This document shows, one piece after another, positions 7,926 through 14,419 of a stretch of DNA of 14,419 nucleotides. The notes under the pieces are model-generated. The model ran no database searches, was not told the DNA's origin, and saw only the letters and a list, made by a program, of their open reading frames with translations. The stretch's first letter is position 1, and the number at the start of each line of letters is the position of its first letter. The position numbers and the translations under genes are program-made. The DNA is taken from contig JAWBDT010000024.1 in assembly GCA_038821645.1 (NCBI GenBank), positions 1 to 14,419 of the forward strand. Reading direction: 5' to 3'. This DNA is from Ignisphaera sp. GTDB lineage: Archaea > Thermoproteota > Thermoprotei_A > Sulfolobales > Ignisphaeraceae.

Positions 7926-9023
7926 CTACTTTCTTTCTATACAGCACCTATAGCAAGCTTCTGCTAGATAAGCTATAATCTCTAGAGGAGCTGGTGGATA
8001 AACCTCTATATTGATCATCAATCCACTTGATTCTGTCTCTAGCTTCTCTACAGTGTTTCTAATGTAGTTCAAGATCTCTTCTCTAGATTTGTTGAGAATT
8101 AGATGCTCTTTATCGATATTGAGATCTATACATACTTTGCCTCTAAATAGGGAAGCGATATTGTCTATACCGTTAGCGCTATCCTGTATATTCAGCACAT
8201 CTACATCCATTTCTAGAAATACATTAGCTAGAGGAACTATGTTGCCATCGCTATGGAAGTATATAACAGCATTCATACTCTTCACCTCATTGAAAAATCT
8301 TCTATAGTATGGTAGAAAGTATTCTCTGAGATGATGCGGCTTTATCAGAGGAGAATCTTGTGCACCTAGATCCTCTAGAAATACAACAACATCAATTCCT
8401 CTATATCTCTTAACCACTTTAAGTAGACCAAGCTTGTATTCCGCAATCTTGTTTAAAGCTATAAGCAACCTCTCGTCACGTCTGTATAGAGCTGGAATAA
8501 GCTTGTTTAGAGGAACTAGATCCATAAGCTTCTGGAACAAGAAATGATGTAGGTTGAAGACTATGAGTCGACCGCGTTCTTTCAGTTTATCGAAATAGTT
8601 GAACAGTTCTTCCCATGGGATTAGAGGTCTAGGATCAGCAAAACCTACAGGATAGCCTGTTTCTGGATCAGGTAGAGACCATTCTCGAACTCTATCTAGA
8701 TCCTCTAGAGGATAGCGATGAGGTATACCGACAAACCCCTTTATCCTAAATCTCCAGATCGTTCCATAAACATCTACAGTATATCTATCTTCATAGATGT
8801 CTCTGGATTCTTCATCAAACCTCAGCTCTTCTGGATCGTAGTCAGGGAAAGCTAGAGGATATTTATTGATTATCTCGATGATCTTTTCTCTATAGATGTT
8901 TAGAATGGGTTGAGAAAGATTGATTCTACATGGCGTGAACATAGGTTTCTCAAGTCTGGCACACTTCAAGAAGTTTAGTCTATGTATTCTCCAAATCTCT
9001 TCAATATCTAGGCGAGTTTTCAC
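7926..9023 (-). CDS. Uroporphyrinogen decarboxylase (URO-D)/MtaA-CmuA-like TIM-barrel family protein, putative corrinoid-linked methyltransferase
   Basis: DVYGTIW, YPLEDL, FLEDLGAQDSPLIKP..LREYFLPYY, YFHSDGNIVPL, VDVLNIQ, P.APLE are typical of this superfamily. GTG start with AGGTGA SD at 9033-9038. Not recognisably HemE. Confidence 0.75.
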   Translation of the reverse strand: MKTRLDIEEIWRIHRLNFLKCARLEKPMFTPCRINLSQPILNIYREKIIEIINKYPLAFPDYDPEELRFDEESRDIYEDRYTVDVYGTIWRFRIKGFVGIPHRYPLEDLDRVREWSLPDPETGYPVGFADPRPLIPWEELFNYFDKLKERGRLIVFNLHHFLFQKLMDLVPLNKLIPALYRRDERLLIALNKIAEYKLGLLKVVKRYRGIDVVVFLEDLGAQDSPLIKPHHLREYFLPYYRRFFNEVKSMNAVIYFHSDGNIVPLANVFLEMDVDVLNIQDSANGIDNIASLFRGKVCIDLNIDKEHLILNKSREEILNYIRNTVEKLETESSGLMINIEVYPPAPLEIIAYLAEACYRCCIERK

Positions 9024-9148
9024 TAAATTTAGTCACCTTTATAGATCTCTTGCTGAAGCTGGATATAGGGTTTAGCGTATATCGAGAATTGTGATAAAGA
9101 TTTGAATACGTAGCAACATTCTCTATAGCTATAGGGTGGCTACATTAT

Positions 9149-10744
9149 ATGGCTAGAATACTTATCGTTACAAGTAGATTGGCTGAACCTATTGTTAGAG
9201 AAGCTGTTGCTCTCAGCAATACTAAACATCATGTAGAGATACTTGTGGCACCTGTTGATGTAGCTGCATTTCTGTCTACAGACTATATAGCTAAACTCTT
9301 GTTGAGTAGAGGTATTAAGAAGGGAGATTACGACTATATCCTTGTCCCTGGTCTAGCGAGAGGTTCTGGTAGAGTTGTTGAAGAAGCCATAGGTATAAAG
9401 ACCTTCAAGGGATGCACAATAGCTTACGATCTTACCGAGCTACTTAAGCTTGAGGATCTGAGTACCTTATCTGAAGATAGCCCTGCTGATGATATTCTTC
9501 AGAAACTTTTTATCGATAGGAATAAGAGGTTGTTGATTGAGGTAGAAGAGAAAGCACGTTTAAACGGTTTCTCTGTAGGAAATCTGCATATACCTCTGAT
9601 ACCTCCCCCGATAAGAGTTGCATCAGAAGTAGCGTTTGCTCATAGAGTCGATGAGTCGTTGCTCTACAAGAGGGTAGTGTATCTAATTGAGAGTGGAGCA
9701 GATATTGTGAGTCTCGGTTTCGAGGCTCTAGAGCCTCATCCTGATGATGTATATAGGATTGTTAGATTCTTGAAGAGAGAGTTTGATGTAGCTATAGCTA
9801 TCGATACACCGATTCCTAGCGAGATATCTAGAGGTGTTGAAGCTGGATGTGATATGGTTATAAACATAGACTTAACTAATATCGATAGAGTTGTAGACTA
9901 TGTTAAAGATGTAGCTGTAGTTGTTATTCCTCGAGATCCTTCAACAGGATCTATACCCTTTAGCTCTAGCCAAAGAGTTGAGCTATTGATTAAGACAATA
10001 GATTATGTAAAGAGCTTAGGTGTAGAAAAGATTCTAGCTGATGCTGTACTTGATCCTCCTGGCTCTACATTCAATTCAATGATTGCTTACCATAGCTTCA
10101 AGATGCTACATCCCGAGATCCCTATGTTCATGGGTATAGGCAATGTTGCAGAACTAGTTGATATAGATAGTGTAGGTGTTAATGCACTTCTTGTGCTACT
10201 TGCACAAGAGATAGGTGTAAGTGTTGTTCTGACTTCTGAATGTAGCACCAAGACCTATGGATCTACAAGAGAAACAAAGATAGCTACACAAATGGCAGCT
10301 CTAGCGAAAACCATGAAAACTATGCCGAAGAATCTAGGTATATCTCTTCTCATTCTTAAAGACAAGAAGAGAGTTAAGGTACCTCTAGATAGTGATGCAG
10401 AAATCGTTACAGCTACCGAAAAGGATACAGAATATGCTCTAGATCCTTTAGGTATCTTTAAGATAGATGTGAATCATGATGAAGGCTTTATAGAGGCTCT
10501 CTACATAGGCAGAAAGGGAAAGATATTGATAAGAGGTAAAACAGCGAAAGCAATACGAGACGAGATACTATCTAGAGAACTTGTTTCATCTCTCTCACAC
10601 GCAATATACCTAGGTATAGAGCTTGCTAAAGCTGAAGAAGCTCTAAGAACAGGTAAAAACTATATCCAGGAGCTCCCTTTATTCACATTACCGAAACCAA
10701 TAGAATTGAGGAATAGCGGTATTGAGACCTTAGCTAAGAAGTAG
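9149..10744 (+). CDS. Dihydropteroate-synthase-related pterin-binding protein (archaeal MJ0107-like) with C-terminal DUF4346-like domain
   Basis: N-terminal ILIVTSRLAE...VDVAAF...DYILVPG; TIM barrel GADIVSLG, IAIDT, ILADAVLDP, MGIGNVAELVDIDSVGVNALL, PKNLGISLLILKDK; C-terminal LDPLGIFKI...SHAIYLGIELAKAEEAL..GKNYIQE. Confidence 0.85.
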   Translation: MARILIVTSRLAEPIVREAVALSNTKHHVEILVAPVDVAAFLSTDYIAKLLLSRGIKKGDYDYILVPGLARGSGRVVEEAIGIKTFKGCTIAYDLTELLKLEDLSTLSEDSPADDILQKLFIDRNKRLLIEVEEKARLNGFSVGNLHIPLIPPPIRVASEVAFAHRVDESLLYKRVVYLIESGADIVSLGFEALEPHPDDVYRIVRFLKREFDVAIAIDTPIPSEISRGVEAGCDMVINIDLTNIDRVVDYVKDVAVVVIPRDPSTGSIPFSSSQRVELLIKTIDYVKSLGVEKILADAVLDPPGSTFNSMIAYHSFKMLHPEIPMFMGIGNVAELVDIDSVGVNALLVLLAQEIGVSVVLTSECSTKTYGSTRETKIATQMAALAKTMKTMPKNLGISLLILKDKKRVKVPLDSDAEIVTATEKDTEYALDPLGIFKIDVNHDEGFIEALYIGRKGKILIRGKTAKAIRDEILSRELVSSLSHAIYLGIELAKAEEALRTGKNYIQELPLFTLPKPIELRNSGIETLAKK

Positions 10745-11003
10745 AGGTGATAGATAGAGCTATCGATGAAGAATCCCAATACTAAAGAGATCATGTTACA
10801 GTGGTATCGATACTCTAGATTCTGTTGATAGTGGATTAGTTAAATCTATTTCTTAATAGCTATCAAACACATAGAAACCGTAGATACATTAAGATGATTT
10901 ACAGCATAAGACCTAGTTGAATTTGAATGAATGAGTAAGATTTTTATATCGTATATCTATAGCTATGTGTTCTTGGTGGTATGTTTAAGCTAGGTGTTGT
11001 GTA

Positions 11004-13514
11004 TTGAGTAGCAAATTGTCTCAAATCTCTATACCGATCATCATATCTATGGTTGTTATAGCTAGTGTAGCTGGAATCATTGGCTATATAGCTGGAGGCT
11101 CTAGAGCTCCAGTTACATATACACATACATATGTCTTAACATCACCAGTAACATCAACTAAAACAGTTACTGAAACAACTACATCAATTCTAACATCTAC
11201 CTTAATATCTACCTTGAGAGAAGCTGTAGAAACTACACATACTATCACTATGCCTACAACATATACACAAACAGTCACAATCACAAGAACAATTACAGCA
11301 TTACCTCAACAAACAGTTGTACCAGAAGGTAGTAGACTCTTCTACTTCTATCTCCCTTGGGATGATTCTATACAGACAGATATAAGTCTTGCTGATTATC
11401 TCCATAAACCTGCTGGTAAGTATGGTCATGTGTATGTGGGTAGCGATGGACGTCTCTATGTAGGTAACCAGAGGATAAGGTTCTTAGGCGTTAGTGTAGT
11501 GGGTCCAGGAGCTTTTCCGACGAAAGAGGAGGCAGAACTTATAGCTGCTAGATTAGCTAAATTTGGTGTAAATCTTGTTAGGTTTCATGCTCTTGACGCT
11601 AACTGGGAGCCTTACAACAATATATTTTCTCCTCCAGGTACAACTAGACTGAATCCAACGAATTTAGATAGAATGGACTATTTCGTTGCTCAACTAAAGA
11701 AGAATGGGATCTACATAAACATAAACTTGATGTGCTATAGACAATTCTCATCAGCTGACGGTCTTCCAAGTGAGGTAAACATTATGGCTGTTAAAGATCA
11801 GCATATACTGCCATTCTTCTATGAACCGGCTAGAGAACTTGTGAAAGACTTTGCTAGAGCTCTTCTAACTCATGTGAATCCCTATACAGGGTTATCATAT
11901 GCAGAAGATCCTGCAGTAGCTATGATAGAGATTCTTAATGAATATGGAGCTACTTTTGGATGGCTTGATGGAGCTGTAGATAGACTTCCAAAGGTTTTTA
12001 GAGATGCTTTAAGAGAGAAATGGAATCAGTTCCTCATAGAGAAATACGGTACTACAGAGAACTTGGTGAAGGCCTGGGGATCAGACAGTATTCTACCTGG
12101 AGAAAATCTGGAGAACAAGACTGTCGATGTATTTGATCTCAAGGACCTGATGCTGAAGAGACCTTCACAAAGAGCTCGAGAAGATTGGGCTGAATTTCTG
12201 TGGAGACTTGACTACGAGTATTTTATGGATATGTACAATTTCTTGAAGAACGAGCTAGGTGTTAAAGCCCTTATAGCTGGAACACAATCTGCTTGGGGAG
12301 GAATGCCGAACATAATGGCTCAACTAGATATTGTTGATGCACATCACTACTGGAGATATCCTGTTGGTTCTGGAAACAATTGGTATGTACAGAACGACGC
12401 TATGGTGAACTTTCCAGAGTCTAATACCTTATCTCAACTAGCTTTCAGAAGTGTCTATGGTAAGCCTTTCACAATAAGTGAATATAATCATCCTGCACCA
12501 AATATGTATAGAGCTGAAGGTTTTGTATTTCTATCAGCTTATGGAGCTCTTCAAGACTGGGATGCCTTAATGCCTTATAGCTATGGACCTTATACCTCAG
12601 GACATATAGCTATGGCAAGCTGGAACTCTATGATGATGAGAGGTACACTAGACTTTGATCAAGATCCAGCTAGATGGGCTATGATGATCACAGCATTTAT
12701 GCTTTTCGTAAGAGGTGATGTATCTCCAGCTAAACATTTTGTAGCTATAGAGATGGATAGAGAGATAGAGATACAGCTTGTAGCTACACAAAGAGCTAGT
12801 GCATGGAATATGCCCAATGGTGTTCATCTAAATATACCATACTATGTGCCTCTAATCCATAGAGCTAGACTAGTTGTAGCTAATACAACAAAACCTGTTG
12901 ACGCTCTTTCACCAAGAGATGTAAAACCACCTGAGGGAAGCATCATAAAGTCTGATACAGGTGAACTTATATGGGATTGTAGAGATGCTGGAAGATGCGT
13001 CTTTATTGTTAATACATCTAGAAGTATAGTTTTGACGGGCTTCATAAGCGGTAAGAGGTTCGATCTAGGAGATATAGTTATAGAAGTTAAAGATACTTTA
13101 CTAGATGGTTGGGCAACAATAGCTCTACATGTGCTAGAGGGAACAAGCTTTAGAGATGCCAGAAAAATACTCATAATAACTATAGGTGCAGCTTTTAACA
13201 ACAATATGCCTATCTATAACTTCGATAACAGGCAACTCTTATTTAGAACATCATTAAATCTAACGAAAGATGACTTAAGCAATCTCTATGGAAGAAAGAT
13301 ATCGAATTTCGGTAACTGGGGAAGAGGTCCAACAATTGTTGAAGGTATTGAGGCAACAATATCGATTAAAACAAATAGAAACATTATTGCATGGTCTTTA
13401 GACAATATAGGCAGAAAAACAAGATCACTTACTGTAGTAACTAGACAAGAATACAAAGACATACTACTGCTACCTACACATGGAACAATATGGTATCAAG
13501 CTGTAGTGTATTGA
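11004..13514 (+). CDS. Membrane-anchored/secreted multidomain clan GH-A (GH5-like) glycoside hydrolase with Thr-rich stalk
   Basis: TTG start with AGGTG SD (10992-10996), N-terminal hydrophobic helix, Thr-rich residues ~37-105. Catalytic barrel motifs RIRFLGV, GVNLVRFH, NPYTGLSYAEDPAVAMIEILNE (acid/base E313), DAHHYW, FTISEYNHP (nucleophile E493). Beta-rich C-terminal domains. Confidence 0.85.
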   Translation: MSSKLSQISIPIIISMVVIASVAGIIGYIAGGSRAPVTYTHTYVLTSPVTSTKTVTETTTSILTSTLISTLREAVETTHTITMPTTYTQTVTITRTITALPQQTVVPEGSRLFYFYLPWDDSIQTDISLADYLHKPAGKYGHVYVGSDGRLYVGNQRIRFLGVSVVGPGAFPTKEEAELIAARLAKFGVNLVRFHALDANWEPYNNIFSPPGTTRLNPTNLDRMDYFVAQLKKNGIYININLMCYRQFSSADGLPSEVNIMAVKDQHILPFFYEPARELVKDFARALLTHVNPYTGLSYAEDPAVAMIEILNEYGATFGWLDGAVDRLPKVFRDALREKWNQFLIEKYGTTENLVKAWGSDSILPGENLENKTVDVFDLKDLMLKRPSQRAREDWAEFLWRLDYEYFMDMYNFLKNELGVKALIAGTQSAWGGMPNIMAQLDIVDAHHYWRYPVGSGNNWYVQNDAMVNFPESNTLSQLAFRSVYGKPFTISEYNHPAPNMYRAEGFVFLSAYGALQDWDALMPYSYGPYTSGHIAMASWNSMMMRGTLDFDQDPARWAMMITAFMLFVRGDVSPAKHFVAIEMDREIEIQLVATQRASAWNMPNGVHLNIPYYVPLIHRARLVVANTTKPVDALSPRDVKPPEGSIIKSDTGELIWDCRDAGRCVFIVNTSRSIVLTGFISGKRFDLGDIVIEVKDTLLDGWATIALHVLEGTSFRDARKILIITIGAAFNNNMPIYNFDNRQLLFRTSLNLTKDDLSNLYGRKISNFGNWGRGPTIVEGIEATISIKTNRNIIAWSLDNIGRKTRSLTVVTRQEYKDILLLPTHGTIWYQAVVY

Positions 13515-13553
13515 TCAAAATATGATACATAGTTCATCAACTATATATATTCA

Positions 13554-13570
13554 TTATTTTTTCTAAATAA
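13554..13570 (+). terminator. Possible oligo-T terminator of the GH5-like gene
   Basis: TTATTTTTTCT tract ~40 nt after the stop codon, typical of archaeal intrinsic termination. Confidence 0.4.
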
Positions 13571-13572
13571 TT

Positions 13573-13630
13573 GATCATTTTTATATAATGATCTTATTTA
13601 TTGATATATTTATAGAAACATTTATAGAAA
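13573..13630. repeat. Inverted repeat GATCATT-N7-AATGATC plus tandem repeat ATTTATAGAAA x2
   Basis: IR arms at 13573-13579 and 13587-13593 flank TTTATAT; direct repeat copies at 13608-13618 and 13620-13630. Confidence 0.5.
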
Positions 13631-13948
13631 GATGCATGAAATATACACTAAACCTGAATAGGGCTTAACCATTTTCTGAATTCTGTAGTACACTATCTCT
13701 ATATACTTTCTATCTAATGTTAGTGTTATCTTTATCTGGAGAGCGAAGAACATTGATACTATATATATCTAGTTCTCTAGATATCTTATGTTTCTATACT
13801 CTAGTTTATTGTTATCTTGATTCTAAATGTTTCTGAAGATGTTTTGTTTTAGAGAATGTATATCACCTCTTTAGCTGGAGAGTGATGAATATTTTTAACT
13901 GTTGTTCTTTAGTAAGTTTTTAACCGAACGTTTATTGGTGTGAAAACC

Positions 13949-14419
13949 TTGGATATAGTGGATGAAATAATTAAGCTAAAGAAAGAGACTGGAGCAGTCA
14001 TCTTGGCACATAACTATCAGTCTCCTGAAGTTCAAGATGTAGCAGATTTTGTTGGAGATAGCCTCGAACTTTCTGTGAAAGCTCTAGAGAGTAGAGCAAG
14101 AGTCATAGTATTTGCAGGTGTAGACTTTATGGCTGAACAAGCAGCTATTCTGAATGAGGATTCTATTGTCCTTCACCCTGATCCAGAAGCTCAATGCCCT
14201 ATGGCTCAAATGATAACTGTTGAAGAACTTAGAAAGTTCAAGAAGCTTTATCCAGAAGCTCCAGCTATAGTTTATGTTAATAGTCCTGCTATAGTTAAAG
14301 CAGAAGCAGATTATGTTGCTACTAGCGCTAATGTTGTTGAACTAGTTAGATCACTATCATCTGATGTAGTTATCTTTGGACCTGATGCTCATCTAGCTCA
14401 GTATATAGCTGAAAGAACT
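13949..14419 (+). CDS. nadA: Quinolinate synthase NadA, 5' part (runs off the window; absent from the ORF track)
   Basis: Translated by hand from TTG at 13949: MDIVDEIIKLKKETGAVILAHNYQSPEVQDVADFVGDSLELS...IVFAGVDFMAE...AQCPMAQM...VYVNS...TSAN...FGPD, matching NadA motifs. GGTG SD at 13937-13940. An alternative in-frame GTG is at 13940. Confidence 0.95.
   Translation, partial: MDIVDEIIKLKKETGAVILAHNYQSPEVQDVADFVGDSLELSVKALESRARVIVFAGVDFMAEQAAILNEDSIVLHPDPEAQCPMAQMITVEELRKFKKLYPEAPAIVYVNSPAIVKAEADYVATSANVVELVRSLSSDVVIFGPDAHLAQYIAERT

Noticed and set aside
6293-8307. Plus-strand ORFs 6293-6508, 7196-7474 and 8089-8307
   Set aside because: Fully antisense to btuF, the radical SAM gene and the URO-D-like gene; no family features.
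7926-9023. Calling this gene hemE or mtaA
   Set aside because: It lacks the HemE RQAGR motif and the MtaA HxC motif; only superfamily-level assignment is supported.
9123-9134. Palindrome CTATAGCTATAG upstream of the DHPS-like gene
   Set aside because: TATAG/AGCT words are very common throughout this window, so it is likely a chance occurrence.
9149-10744. Calling this gene folP
   Set aside because: It belongs to the longer archaeal DHPS-related family, whose activity cannot be assumed from the fold.
10944-13204. Minus-strand ORFs 10944-11126, 11084-11284 and 12842-13204
   Set aside because: Antisense to the GH5-like gene. The Val-rich one simply mirrors the Thr codons.
13622-13753. 43-aa minus-strand ORF MFFALQIKITL...CIFL as a real gene
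   Set aside because: No SD at a suitable distance and no recognisable motif; not listed as a CDS.

Overview
AT-rich archaeal DNA with GGTGA-type Shine-Dalgarno sites, TATA/BRE promoters and abundant CTAG. It is most consistent with a hyperthermophilic Desulfurococcales member (Ignisphaera-like; inferred, not verified). From left to right: a GH57 glycoside hydrolase (+); a minus-strand cobamide uptake and remodelling cluster read as URO-D/MtaA-family protein > radical SAM protein > btuF > btuC > btuD > archaeal cobT > cbiZ-cobZ fusion (CbiS-type); a divergent dihydropteroate-synthase-like pterin-binding protein with a DUF4346-like tail (+); a large membrane-anchored, Thr-stalked clan GH-A (GH5-like) glycoside hydrolase (+); and the 5' part of nadA, which the ORF track missed. 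Highlights: (1) the radical SAM gene extends 79 codons beyond the tracked ORF, and its CxxxCxxC motif can only be translated from a non-canonical start, probably ATA at 7821; (2) its SD lies inside one of three abutting palindromes; (3) a perfect 25-bp palindrome sits over the predicted start site of an internal btuF promoter; (4) the cluster may be an uncharacterised cobamide-salvage plus methyl-transfer or lower-ligand-remodelling system in an apparent non-methanogen.
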